From NCBI RefSeq assembly GCF_026210795.1, contig NC_089435.1, forward strand, positions 4,154,001-4,218,000: a stretch of DNA of 64,000 nucleotides, given 5' to 3'. The notes below the pieces were generated by a model that was given only the letters and a program-made list of their open reading frames with translations, did not search any database and had not been told where the DNA came from. Shown here piece after piece: positions 50,774 to 64,000 of the stretch. The stretch comes from Rhizophagus irregularis. Lineage: Eukaryota. Position numbers and translations under genes: made by a program. How positions within the stretch are numbered: position 1 is the first letter of the stretch; each line of letters starts with the position of its first letter.

Positions 50774-53107
50774 TTAATCTTGTTTTGCATTAATTTTCGT
50801 AATATTAATATTATTATCCCTAGCAACTTGAAAAAGTTCATTTTTCAAAGTTTGGGCAATTTCTTGTTTAACAGCCTGAAGAATTTCATCTTTAAGAATT
50901 TGTGATGATAACCTATCATTACTAGATGTTGAAATTATTTGCCCATAATTATTATAATTATTAGCTTCTGTTGAAGCCAAAATTATTGGTTCATGATTGG
51001 TTGTATTTTCATTTTTAGGCGTTTGCATAATTTCTTGCTCATGATATTCGGTATCTGGAACTATTATTGGTTCATTATTGGTTGTATTTTCATTTTTGGG
51101 TGTTAGAATAATTTCTTGCCCATGATGATCGTTAGCCGGGATTATTATCGATTCGTAATTTTCATTTCTAGGCATTTGAATAATTTCTTGCTCGTTATTG
51201 CCCATTGCTTGATCATAATCATGAATATCCCTTTCGGTGGGCATTGCCTTTTCTTCGTTGTTATGATTATTATTCTCATTAATTATTTTTTGATTTTGTC
51301 TATTTTTATTCCATTTATATAAAAAGAAACCTCCAACTGATAAGAAAATACCACTTATCAAAGATCCTACAATTGCACCAACCATATGATTACTATTGGA
51401 GTTATTTGATAAACTATTGGATAGTTGTGATGATGATGGTAATGGTAAAGAAGGAGAAGGAGATGGTGATGGTGATGGTAATGGTGATGGTGATGATGAA
51501 GGTGGTGGTGATGTTTTTGGAACTGAAGGATCAAATTTTGTTGTCCATACATATTCTTCATTATTACTAATATCAAGTAATAATGGGGGTCTTCACAAAA
51601 AACGTGATTGAGATTGAGATTGAAATTTAGTATAGAATTTCAATCTTACTAACATATTAAGATTGAAAATTCTATATGAAATCTCAATCTCAATCTCAAT
51701 CACGTTTTTTGTGAAGACCCCCAATATATCACTTTCAACTGTTCTATCATAACCAATTCCTATTTAATATTAATATTATTTCTGTTAAATGATACTAATA
51801 ACCAATCAAAGTTTATATTATAAATATTTATATTTACCAAATGATATAACCATGTATTTCCCAATTACGTTTGCCTGATGAAAAACTCTTGGTTTTGGGA
51901 TTATTCCGGAAATTTTCGGAATATACCAATTATAATTAGTTAAATCTAATACATAAAGTGCAGTGTCTAAATATCCAGGATTATTAAAAGCTCCTCCATA
52001 AATTATGACTCTTTGACCATCTAAACCTATTAAAAATAATAAAATTTATAATTAATGTTCAACTTTTAAAAAATGATCATAATATTCTTATTTAATTACA
52101 TACCAAGAACTGAGGAAAAGCCACATCTATTAGAAGGGATTTTTCCTGTTGTTATCTAAGTATAATAAAAAGTTAGTTCACATATGAATATAAAAAATTT
52201 CATCATAATTTGTGTAACTTACTTTTGCATCCCAGTTGTCATTAATCATATCATATAAGTAAACCTAAGATAATTTTATTAATTGTTTTTTGAAAAAAAA
52301 ACTTAAATATCAGTGCATTTACAAAATTTACCTCACTTAATGATAAAGCAATTCCTTTACTAATATTCAGAGTAACATTATCAAATCCAATATCAACATT
52401 CAAACCACCTAAGCATTAAGTGTTCATTAATAAAATTAACAAAAAATGACATGACATAAAATTACTGGCTTACCTATATAAATAATCTTATTGTTGGGCA
52501 ATAAAGTAGCTCCATAAAAAATTCTCGGAGTTGGAGCATTAACTAAACTTCCCTTTTCCCAATTAAGGCTTATTGTATCTAAAATAAGCATATCATTTAG
52601 AATAGTTTCATAGGTAATTCCGCCCCATAAATAAAATTTTCCATTATAGCCCATAACTCCTGTTATCCTCGATTTTCTAATTGTACTAATTCCAGTTATT
52701 TTTTGAGGATTCCATATTATGTGATGTGGGTCAAACGTATAAACTAATTCCATCGCTTGATTAGTAAGTGTTTCTCCACCGTATAAAAATAGTGTATCAT
52801 TATTTACACCACCTTTAGCTGATGTTGCAAAACCATGTGGCGGAACCATATTAATATTGGATAAGTCTTGCCATGATAATTCTTGAGTATTAAACGGAAC
52901 TGAAACATCAAGATAAAAAAATTCTTTTACTGATTTAAATAAGTTTGTTGACCAACCACTCATAATATACAATTTATTATCAATGAATGTAGCAGTATGA
53001 CAGTTTAGTGCACTTGGCTTAAAGGGCGTCATTTGACAATTTACTTCAACTAACACTTGAAGTAGCATCCATAATAGAGTAAAATTAGCCAAAGAATTTT
53101 TTAACAT
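50774..53107 (-). CDS. K6: Kelch-TM gene; last exon interrupted by a MITE that introduces a stop before the TM
   Basis: Six-exon structure as in K4 and the longest cytosolic tail. The MITE at 51585-51722 reads in frame to TGA near 51592. Confidence 0.8.
51585..51722. mobile_element. 138-bp PIF/Harbinger-like MITE
   Basis: Perfect TIR GGGGGTCTTCACAAAAAACGTGATTGAGATTGAGATTGA; 3-bp TSD AAT. Paralogs show the empty site GTAATAATATATCAC. Confidence 0.95.
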
Positions 53108-53429
53108 GACTATATTTTATTAATAACTTAATGTAATAGAAGCTATATTCTAAGGAAAATATTTTTTTTTAATATCTTTGGCGTATTTATTATGTCTTAT
53201 GTCTTCAGCGTTACGCTTAGTCTTAAAAGAAATATCCGAATGGAACGGAACACACAAACACATTCAAATATTTATTTCGAAACAATTATTTAGTTCGTTG
53301 GAGAACTACCCCTGCATCGGTGTTAAGGACGGATGTGCCAAATAGGGTTTGTAACATAATAACATAAATAACGTGTTACTGACATCACGTGACTACTTTT
53401 ATTTTTAAAAAAAAAATTTTGATAAAGGT

Positions 53430-53600
53430 TAACTTAATACCCGCGTTTTTTTATATATTAAATATAAAAATTTTTGTAATCTTAGGAGTATAAAGGTGAG
53501 CTAGTAAGTTTTGAGGAAGCTTATTCAATACATTATAAAAATTATTAAAAAACCAACAATAAATTTTTATAAGGTGAAAGGAAGAAATATTCTATCAAAG
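53430..53600 (+). repeat. Intergenic segment duplicated at ~61790-62010
   Basis: CGCGTTTTTT(A)TATATTAAATA..GTATAAAGGTGA..AAACCAACAATAAATTTT lies downstream of both K7 and K8. Confidence 0.75.
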
Positions 53601-56054
53601 TAAACATTTATTTTAAATTTTCGGTTCCCTGTGTTGGCAAGTATTTTAATTCTCTCGTTTATTATTTTTCATGCGAAATTTTTCTAAGATAACATATTGA
53701 CCAAGTTGGTCACCTCATATTAAAGTATGTAGTATTTAAATAGAATATTTTTTATGATATCTTAAGTATATCTTAAGTAACGTTAAAAATAAAAGTCGTT
53801 AAATTATCGAGTATATATTATACCTGCAAGTTTTTGCGTGACCTAGCAATGGATCGTAATGTCAATTTTTACATAGATCAAGTATTAATAAATGAAGTAC
53901 GGGTTATTGCACACAAACTTTATCACTCTTTCGTCTGTAATAGAAAGTTATATCTCACCGATTTAAAACTAATTGGACGCCATCCCATACAGAATTTTGC
54001 ACTTTTCATAGTTGTGACTTGTGACTACCCCCTATAATACTCCTATAATCAGAAAAAAGGAAATTAAAGGAAATTTTAATGTTTACTTCAAATTTAAACT
54101 TTTTTACAGAATAATTTATAATAATCATTAGTAATCACAAATTTAAGGAAAAATCATTTTTTTTATGTCGCATAAATTCTTCAACCATGATGGCAATTTA
54201 GGTTTGAGAATACCAAACGTTATAAACGTATTGTTTAAAGCCAAAAATAAATCTAGTCCGCAAAATAATATAACCTTGGAAATCAATAAGTAATTAATAA
54301 TTTGATAGTTTACAGTCACTTTACACGCAAAATATATAATATATATATATAGATATATAATTTTTACGTCAATAAAAATAAGTTTTATTATTATCATAAA
54401 TAATTTTATTCATTAACTAATTTTATTCATATGACATACAAAGAATTTTAGGAATTAATAAAATTATGTGAAAATCTACTATAAATTGCATTAATTTATT
54501 TAATTTCATAAGGAAAATAACATTTTTTTGGAATCTAATACGGACTAGTGTACTTTAATATGGCCTAAAAAAAAAAGTCAAAATGACGTTATTCACGTTA
54601 TTTAGGCCATCTATCAGAACTTTCCGTAAAAAACAATCATTAAAATTATTCGGTCATTTTGACAACTCTAATGTAATTTTGACACTTTTTTTCATCATTC
54701 CAATATTTTATAGAAAAGCAAGGTGGTAAAAAACAGTCGGAAGAAACGGAAGATATTATGTAAAAAGGTGTCATAGTATTATGTAATCAATTTATTTACT
54801 CCCTAACTGCTAATGAAGTACCTATTGTCATAACAAGTATCTATCTTCGAAAAGTATACCTCTTTTTTTCTTCGTCTTTTTTTTGTCATCCTTTTTTTCA
54901 TTTTTTTTCTAGGTTTATCCTCTCTCTGTCTAGGTCTTCTCTTTATTAGGTCTTCTTTTAAGCCCTTTTCTTTACGTCTTCCTTAAGAGTATGTGGGTTG
55001 GGAGTGTGGGTTGGGAGTGCGGGTTTGTGTGGGGTTGGGTTTGGGTGTGAGTTTGGTGTGTGGTGTTTTATCTTATTTTTTTCGTCTTTTTTTAGGTCTA
55101 TCTTCTCTCTGTTTAGGTCTCTTTATTATATCTTTTTTAATCCCCTTTTCTTTACATCTTCCTCTAGGTATCATACTTATTTTAATATAGTAATGTAGGC
55201 CAGAATTATAGTGCTGACCAACATTAATCATTCCGCCATTTGACAAACACTCCCAGAACATGGTGTTTTGTAAATCAGTTAACTAAATCGGCTTGGCCTA
55301 GATAATAAAGAATTTTTGTTGTAAAAAAAAATAAAATAAATTCTATAAAATATAAATTATGTACTTTTTATGTCAAAACATATAAGAAATCACGAGCTGA
55401 GTCGAATTCCTAATTCTTGGTGTAACACGATTTGTCAATTATACAGGAATTGAAGGTTTAAAAAATTTAAGGCCGAAAATTGAGAGACTTTCTATGCAAA
55501 TAATCATTTATTCATTTCTAAAATATATTATAATTTTTTTTAATATGCTAACACAAATTGATTAATGAATTTATGAATAAAATTTTATCGTTGGTTATTT
55601 ATAAATTTAACCCAAGTTATAATAAAATTTTTATGACAAATCATTTTTTTTTTAAAAAAAAAATAGAATATGAAGTACCAGTAGCATGTTATTTTCATTT
55701 TGATAATAATGATGAATTTATTAAAAACTAAATATATAAAATTATAAAAAAAGTGATTGTTATTACATCATTTAAAATAATAATACTTAATATGAATCTT
55801 TTTATCACTAATTAGCACATAAAGAAATTGATTTCTACATAATTTACATAAAAAGTATTTTGTACAGGGGATGGAGCCTAATTTTTTAATTAATAATTAT
55901 AATATTCATCAAATAAAAGTAAAATTTATGGTTTAATAAATATGTGATTGCAGACTTAAAAGGATTATTTCACTTTTAATTGATCATTAATTTTAATCTT
56001 GTCACATTATTTTTTGTAATTATTAAAATTATCCTCTTTAACTGCTTGAATAAT

Positions 56055-58096
56055 TTATTTTTTATTTAAGAACTTGAAGAATTTAAACCCATCGTTATTA
56101 GGTGCTGTAACTACTTCTTGTCCATAATAATCATCATTATTTACTACTTCATGGTTGGTCATATTTTCATTTTTAGAACCATCAGTGGGTACTGCCTTTT
56201 CTTGACCGTAATTATTATAATTATTAATATTATTTTGGCTTTGTCTTTTTTTATTCCATTTATATAAAAAGAAACCTCCAACTGATAAGAAAATACCACT
56301 TAATAAAGATCCTACAATTGCACCAACCATCTTAGAATTATCTGATGAATTATTGGATGTTTGTGATGATTTTGGAACTGAAGGATCAAATGATGTTGTC
56401 CATACATATTCTTCATTATTACTAATATCAAGTAATAATATATCACTATCAACTGCTCTATTATAACCATACCCTATTAAAATTAGTTGTTTTTTTTGTT
56501 AAAAATAATTAATTTGCTTAAAACATGATATATAAAAATTATATTTACCAAATGTTATAACCATATATTTACTAATAGCATTTGCTTTATGCCAAGCTCT
56601 GGGCTTTGGAATAGTATTTCCAGTGATTTTTGGAATATCCCAATTAAAATTTGTTAAATCCAATACATAAAGTGTAGTATCTACATATCCACCAGGATCA
56701 TTAAAAACTCCTCCATAAATTATGATCCTTTGACCATCTAAACCTATTTATAAATATAATTACATTTGTTATTAATATTCAAATTTATAATAATGATGAT
56801 AATATTTTTGTTTAGTTACATAAGGACCCAGAAATATATATAAAAGGGTCAGGTTTGAGTTTGCGTATTTTGAACTAAAAAAATCATGAAAATCTTTCCT
56901 TTTTTAGATAATTTCTGATAATGCCGGTCAGAATTTTATTTCCTATTATAGTATCCGACTGACATTATCATAATTCCGGCCCTGAAAAAATACAGCTCAT
57001 AGTAAAAAATTTTTTTCATCACCTGACCCCTATATATATATTTCTGGGTCCTGTTACATACCGAGAATTGTAGAGAAACCATCTCTATTAGAAGGAATTT
57101 TTCCTGTTGTTATCTTTATAAATTTAATAAAAAGTTAATTTATACTAAAAATAAAAATTTTCATATAGTAATTTATATAACTTACTTTTGTGTCCCAATT
57201 GTCATTAATTGTATCATATATATAAACCTATATAAATAAATTATTTTAATATTTCTAGAAATCTTTTTATATACAGTAAGTTTACGTTTACATTTACAAA
57301 ATTACCTCTTTTAATGATAAAGCAGTACCTTTATTAATATATAAAGTTTCAGCATCAAATGCGGAAGTAAGATCATCCACACCACCTAAATAAAAAATTT
57401 TTTTAGTGAAATAAACAAAACACGTAAGAAATAAATATGCTAAGAATATTACTTGCTTACCTATATAAATAATCTTATTATTGGGTAATAAAGTAGCACC
57501 ATAATAATATCTCTTAGTTGGTGCATTAACTGAACTTCCTTTTCCCCAACTAAAATTTATTGTATCTAAAATAAGCATTTATTTACAATAATATTATTAC
57601 TAGTTACTCCGCCCCATAAATAAAATTTTCCATTATAATCTATCACTCCTGTTAAACTAGATTTTCTAATTGTATTAATTCCAGTTATTTCTTGACTATT
57701 CCATACACTATGTTGTGGGTCAAATGTATAAACTAATGCCATTGTTAAAACATCTGTAAATCCACCATATAAAAATAAAGTATCATTTTTTGCACCACCT
57801 TTAGCTGACATTGCATCATTATGAAACGGAACTATACTAATTTTTGATAAATCTTTCCATGATAATTCCTGAGTATTAAATGGAATGGAAACATCAAGAT
57901 AAAAAAATTCTTTTACTAGATTGTTGGTTGATGCTTCACTACCACCTAAAATGTACAATTTATTATCAATGAACGTGGCAGTATGACGGTATATTCTACT
58001 TGGCTTAAAGGGTGTTAATTGACAATTTACATCAACTAATACTTGAAGTAATATCCATAATAAAAAATATTTTTTGACATTATTATATTCAAACAT
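56055..58096 (-). pseudogene. K7: Kelch-TM gene with frameshifts
   Basis: Deletion after the orthologous ATG (58080); an upstream ATG at 58096 is in frame. A 1-nt deletion at ~57580 gives VNK/MLILD. The remaining exons and TM are intact, with a short tail. Confidence 0.82.
56823..57052. mobile_element. MITE in K7 intron 4, next to the donor site
   Basis: TIR AGGACCCAGAAATATATATA; 8-bp TSD GTTACATA (56815-56822, 57053-57060). Confidence 0.9.
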
Positions 58097-58912
58097 TAAT
58101 GCAGTAGATACTAGAAATTTCGAAGGAAAAAATTTATTAAAAAATTTTTTGCGTATTAATATTCTTAGCGTATTTAAAGAAAGATATGAATAGAACGGGA
58201 CACAAACACAAATTTGTTTTTCACAACAACCCTGCATCAATAGAAAATAAGAATATGGTGATTCATCCCTGTACATATTAAAGTCACGTGGTTACGCCAA
58301 AATGCATTTTCTTTTTCAATATTACGCAGGGGAAAGCCGTTTTAAGAAATAATTAACATTGCTTTCTTTCTTTCACATGTATTGTGCATTCGATGTGATT
58401 AAACTAAAACAGTATGCCACCCTTATTAAAAAGAATTTGAAAATTTAGTACTCGAAAAAAAAAATCCATCCAGTGTAATATTAACATGCATTTGAAATTT
58501 AAAGATTTAAACAGATCATTTTAAAGTAAATAACTTAAGTTCTAACCTTTCAAAAATAAAAATTTCTTGGAACAATGACGATGAAAGTTTTGCCTACAAC
58601 TACATAATTGAAGTGATAATTAAAAATATAAATTCCTATTATATTTCTATATTAAGTAATAATATAATGAAGTTTTGTTGTTTGCATAAATCGGCCTAGT
58701 TTTTCCTGTTGTACTTTCTAAATATGTAATACAAAGATTTCCTTCTGTTTCAGTTAATACCTGTTTAACTCCTATTCTTATAAAATTTTTAAACTATAAA
58801 AAAATTATCAGTAGTATTCTTTTAAACCATTTTTGTAAAAAAAAAGGCACTACGAAAAACAATAAAAACAAGTAAAAATGTCTGTAAGCTGTCAGAGTGT
58901 CTGTGAATTTAA

Positions 58913-60438
58913 ATGGTTACGGTACATTTCGCCGAAGGGATGTTTCGCCGAAAATGATAGAAATGATAGCGATTATCACTTTTATAAACACAATGGAAAT
59001 AAAAAAATTTTTTTTATTTATTTCGATTCTTGATTGAGTACTTTAATATTTTCATTTTTTTTAAAGGATAAATCTAATTGTAACAGCCTGTTACGCGTCT
59101 TATTTGTAACAACCCCCAATTTTATCCAATTAAAATTTAAGATCAGGCGTAATGTAAACAAAAACAAAAGATCAGTCGTGTAACTAAGACAAAAGAATTT
59201 TTTAAAAAATTTCAAGAAACTGCTTATAACTTAAAATTTTGTCTATGAAACTGTCTTAAATACATTAAGTAAAAGTTTTCCAAATTAAATTTTGCATATA
59301 AAAATTTTATTTGTGAAACACATATTAAATTTATTATTAAAAAAAAATAAAAAAAGGATGTTACAAATAAGTTATGTAACAGGCTGTTACAAATACATTT
59401 TTTCTTTTTTAAATTATATTTTACATTCTTTGCCATTTTTGCAATAAAAATAAAAATTAAATAAACGTTTAAACAAAAAATTCTTTTTATTTTTAAGTGT
59501 CTTTTCTTTTATGATATTATTACTTTAACATTCAAGTAACTGATATTAATTGTTAAACAATAAATAAATAACTTTATTTTCCTGAAACCATTTATTCAGT
59601 AAAAAATGATTAATTGACGATCCGCGAGTCAACTAGAGAAATTACATATAAAATTTGACGCAAATCATATACTAATTTGTCATAATACGCCGACTTTAAT
59701 GATTTCTGATGTAACAAAAACTATAAGCATAGTTTACTAAAAATAACACAAACAATAAAGTAAATGTCACACTTTTATTTTTCAAAGCTACAAAGTGTAA
59801 AACTTTTTTTTGACGAAGTTTACCTTGGAAGCACGCGGCATTTACTATGTTATTAGGTAAACTAAGGTTTTAAAAGTACAAATTATGGAAATTTTTTTAT
59901 ATTTCACTAAACTTTCATGCATATTGCTTTATTTTTGATTTATTTTATTAGTAAACTATGCTGTAATAACTTCTAACTCGACAAATTCAAGACTTTTTCA
60001 CACTCATTATACAAGTGATATGGTATGATAAAACTAGTTTTTGTCTTTCGAATCTCAGATCTCTTAGAAATTGGACTTTTTTCCAATGTTACATTATGAT
60101 TTTTTTTGCATGAGATTGGTGGGAAAACTGTGGAAAACTATTTCATTAAAGAAAAATGGCGTTATTTAAACATTTGGCTAGAGAAATTCATGAACAACCC
60201 CACATTCGGAAATGCGGCTTTTAATTAATAAATTTCCGTCAAATTTTATTATCGTTTTCGCTACTTGACTCGCGGATCACCAATTAATATATTATAGACA
60301 ACAAGACAAATTTAATAAAAATTACTAACCAATTCAAAAATTTTTCCAAAAAGTGTATTTAGTATAAAAACAATAAAATAAACAAATGCAATAAATAATG
60401 TTTCGGCAAATGTCCATTCGGCGAAATGTCCAGCCCTA
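58913..60438. mobile_element. TIR element hosting the 59614-60283 insertion
   Basis: ACATTTCGCCGAA (58924) versus TTCGGCGAAATGT (60417), each with a second subterminal copy; exact ends unclear. Confidence 0.55.
59614..60283. mobile_element. TTAA-flanked TIR element
   Basis: TTAA|TTGACGATCCGCGAGTCAA ... TTGACTCGCGGATCACCAA|TTAA; the termini resemble those of 36114-36703. Confidence 0.8.
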
Positions 60439-62490
60439 TAAAAAGTTGTCCAAACATTGTTCGGTTTTTTGTTCGGAAAAGTGACCCCGTTCCGAACATT
60501 TACTTGACATTTATTGGATAATTATCATGATATTGTACGTTTTTTATGTGGTCGAAAATTCTCAAACTCTCATCTTGTATTAAATTGTAACAAATATTGT
60601 ATAATAACGTGCGAGTGTTCGGAAAATCGACCCCATTCCGAATATTTATCAGACAAACATTTTTTATAGGGCAGACTTAGAGTTATTATAAACTTTAGGG
60701 ATCGATCTCCTGCAAAATAATTTTTTTTTCTATTAGGTTTTTGAAATACATTAATAGATAACGCTGATAATTTATTAACATAACACTTTATAATATTTGA
60801 GACGAAATTAAATGCCAAAGTTTGAACACAAAAATTACTTAAAGGCGCTTATACCTATAAGCTTATAATTTTCTATTAGTTACTTCTGGAGAAAATAACA
60901 CTTCTCAAAAGTAATCGATAAAGACTTGGGTAATCAGTCTACTTAGTTTCTACCTAGTATGTCTTTAGAACTGCATCAAGAACAAGATGTTTAATACTTT
61001 TACGAGTTATTATAATGACGCAGGCAGCTTGGGAAAAGTCATATTTAATGATGTTTGGCGTTTAAATTGTTATGATAATATTAGGAAAAATTATCATAGT
61101 CTTACTACAAGTATCAGTCATCAATTCGTATTGAGAGCAAATAATGGTGGAGGATTAATGGAAGCCGATAGGAATTAATATTAGAACAAGTGAGAACAAT
61201 TTCCTGATGAAATTGAAATTCATATATAGAAAACATAAAAAAAAAATTAAAAATGATTTTTCCTTATTCTGTAAAAAAATTTTTTAAAACATCCTATAAA
61301 AAAAGGCTAATATACATATCGAAAAAAAATAAATGACATAACTTTTGTTTTCCCATCATTTATAAGGACATACAGGATATTTAATATTCAGGGCATACGC
61401 CAAAAAAGAAAAAAATAAAATAAAATAAAATAATATTTAAAATATCTAATAAAGTTATACCTTCCGAATTTATTTAATGTTAATTAAAATATTCTTCATA
61501 TTTATTATTTTACATCACAGTACCTTTATTTATTTTTATTAATTCGTTAATTTTAATTATAATAAAAATTTCATATTCTCTGATTCAACTCTACAATTAC
61601 CAAAATGATTTGTACAATATCTATTTTGCCAATATTCATTGCTTTTGTTTTTGACGGAGAATTCTAAGAATCTAAACAAAATCAAAACTAAAGTTGAAAC
61701 TCGAAACTTAGCGCGAACGCTATAATATCAGCCAGTTTACTTTATTCTATTTTCTTAATCTTATTGTATTTTATTTTGTTGTGAAAATAAAAACGCGTTT
61801 TTTATATTAAATACAAAATTTATTTACAACCTTGGACGTATAAAGGTGAACTATCAAATTTACTTTTCCATTTAATACATTGTAAAAATTATCTTTTCAT
61901 TACCATTATATAAATAACACGAAAATTTATTGTTAAATTTCTAAAATAATAAATAATTTATTCACTTATTTTAATAAAAAAAACCAACAATAAATTTTAT
62001 AAAGTGAAAAGGACCATAAGTCTATAACTGATAAGAAATATTTAAATTAAACGTTTCTTTGTATTTTTTTTTATAAAAACTACAATTATTTTTAAGATAA
62101 ATGTTCCCTCACTTTAGAATCTGACCAATAAAACTCGTCAAGTCACGTTACCGAAATTTTTTGGTGGTGTTCTTTAGAGTAGTTCAACATTGGGATGGAA
62201 AAGGTTCGCTGTTGAGCAGTTTGAGTTACCCTATAAAAAAATTCTCTGATAAATGATCATTTTTCTAGTTTTCATTCCGAAGAAACTCAGATATGTGATC
62301 ATTTTTCTGAAAAATTTTTTATAGAAAGATTACAGGCATGAATATATCATCAAAAAAATCACTGGCGACCAATTAGTAAACATGAGTAAATATAATACAT
62401 ATATATAAAATTATAAAAAAAAGTGATTTGTTATTACATCATTTAAAATAATACTTAATATGAATCTTTTTATCACTAATTAGTATATAA

Positions 62491-62762
62491 TAGCCCTAGA
62501 TCGTATCGCTCAGAGCGGAAAAAAAATTAACCGGTCAAACCGCAGTTACAATTAAGCACAATTTGTATAGCTCGATCGGATCATATCATAATCAATAAAT
62601 ATGGTTGGTCGCTGGCACGCATCACGTTAGTTTATCAAAATCGATCAGAGGCGAACACCTATTTTCGTGGATCGGTTGACTGACCGCTGATCGTTTTTGT
62701 AACAATCATTTAAGGGCACATTTTGCGATCAATCCAGTCCGATCTAGAATTGAACAGGGCTA
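62491..62762. mobile_element. MITE-like insertion downstream of K8
   Basis: TAGCCCT/AGGGCTA ends; absent from the otherwise matching K7 downstream region at ~55815. Confidence 0.8.
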
Positions 62763-62956
62763 ATAATACATAAAGAAATCGATTTCTACATGGGCGTGCG
62801 ATAAATTTTTATAATTTACATAAAAAATATTTTATACATAAAAAGATTCTTTTCACTTTGAAGGAAAATTAATTGATCATTAATTTTAATCTTGTCAAAT
62901 TATTTTTTGTGATTATTAAAATTATTAAAATCCTCCTCTTTAACTACTTGAAGAAT

Positions 62957-64000
62957 TTATTTTTTATTTAATAACTTGAAGAATTTAAACCCATCGTTAT
63001 TAGTAGGTGTTGTAACTACTTCTTGTCCATAATAATTATCATTATTTACTATTGCTGAAACTACTTCATGGTTGGTCATATTTTCATTTTTAGAACCTTC
63101 AGTGGGTATTGCCTTTTCTTGACCGTAATTATTATAATTATTAATATTATTTTGGCTTTGTCTTTTTTTATTCCATTTATATAAAAAGAAACCTCCAACT
63201 AATAAGAAAATACCACTTAATAAAGATCCTACAATTGCACCAACCATCTTAGAATTATCTGATGAATTATTGGATGATGTAGGAAGTGGATCTGATGTGG
63301 ATGAAGGTGAAGGAACAAATGATGTCGTCCATACATATTCTTCATTATTACTAATATCAAGTAATAATATATCACTTTCAACTGTTCTATCATAACCAAT
63401 TCCTATTAATATTAATAATATTTTCTGTTAAATGATACTACTAATAACCAATCAAAGTTTATATTATAATTATTTATATTTACCAAATGATATAACCATG
63501 TATTTCTCAACTACGTTTGCCTGATGAAAAACTCTTGGTTTTGGGATTATTCCAGAAATTTTCGGAATATACCAATTATAATTAGTTAAATCCAATACAT
63601 AAAGTGTAGTGTCTAAATATCCAGGATTATTAAAAGCTCCTCCATAAATTATGACTCTTTGACCATCTAAACCTATTAAAAATAATAAAATTTATAATTA
63701 ATGTTCAGCCTTTAAAAAATGATCATAATATTCTTATTTAATTACATACCAAGAACTGAAGAAAAACCACATCTATTAGAAGGGATTTTTCCTGTTGTTA
63801 TCTAAGTATAATACAATAAAAAGTTGGTTCACAAATAAATATAAAAAATTTCATCATAATTTGTGTAACTTACTTTTACATCCCAATTGTCATTAATCAT
63901 ATCATATAAGTAAACCTAAGATAATTTTATCAATTTTATCTTAAATGTTTTTAGAAAAAAAAAAACTTAAATATCAGTGCATTTACAAAATTTACCTCAC
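62957..64000 (-). CDS. K8: Kelch-TM gene, 3' part (exons 3-6; 5' end beyond the window)
   Basis: Exons VYLYDMINDNWDVK, ITGKIPSNRCGFSSVL, LDGQRVIIYGG..MVISFG and last exon with TM MVGAIVGSLLSGIFLLVGGFFLY; no lesions seen. Confidence 0.85.

Noticed and set aside
51367..51611. His-rich and Gly/Asp-rich ORFs (also 45934-46119, 37750-38053)
   Set aside because: Alternative-frame or antisense readings of the (TCA/CCA)n Pro/Ser stalk.
54840..55261. Hydrophobic ORFs or telomere-like GT-rich tract
   Set aside because: Low-complexity T/G-rich sequence with a local duplication; no regular TTAGGG array and no credible protein.

Overview
Very AT-rich, intron-containing eukaryotic DNA. By inference it is an arbuscular mycorrhizal fungus (Glomeromycota, Rhizophagus-like). 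The window is dominated by a same-strand (minus) tandem array of at least 8 paralogous 6-exon genes, here called K1-K8. They encode signal peptide + six-blade Kelch beta-propeller + Pro/Ser stalk + single TM helix + variable, repeat-containing cytosolic tail. The array shows birth-and-death and shuffling. K4 is an intact membrane form and K1 an intact TM-less form. K6 is truncated by a MITE, K5 carries a precise 0.53-kb internal inversion of exons 2-5, and K8 looks like a K6/K7 chimera. K2, K3 and K7 are pseudogenes. K3 exon 1 carries two insertions 10 bp apart. One is a 359-bp non-autonomous Helitron. The other is a 2.6-kb element with an 18-bp TSD, a (TAAA)n tail and one ~705-codon ORF with no recognisable RT or endonuclease; a degenerate relative of it lies at ~20.6-21.5 kb. 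The left end holds a 10-Cys secreted peptide with CSab-like spacing and a 3-exon Crinkler-type gene. Intergenic DNA is packed with MITEs, including a four-level nest at 32.6-34.2 kb. All calls were made by eye from the sequence; no database searches were run.
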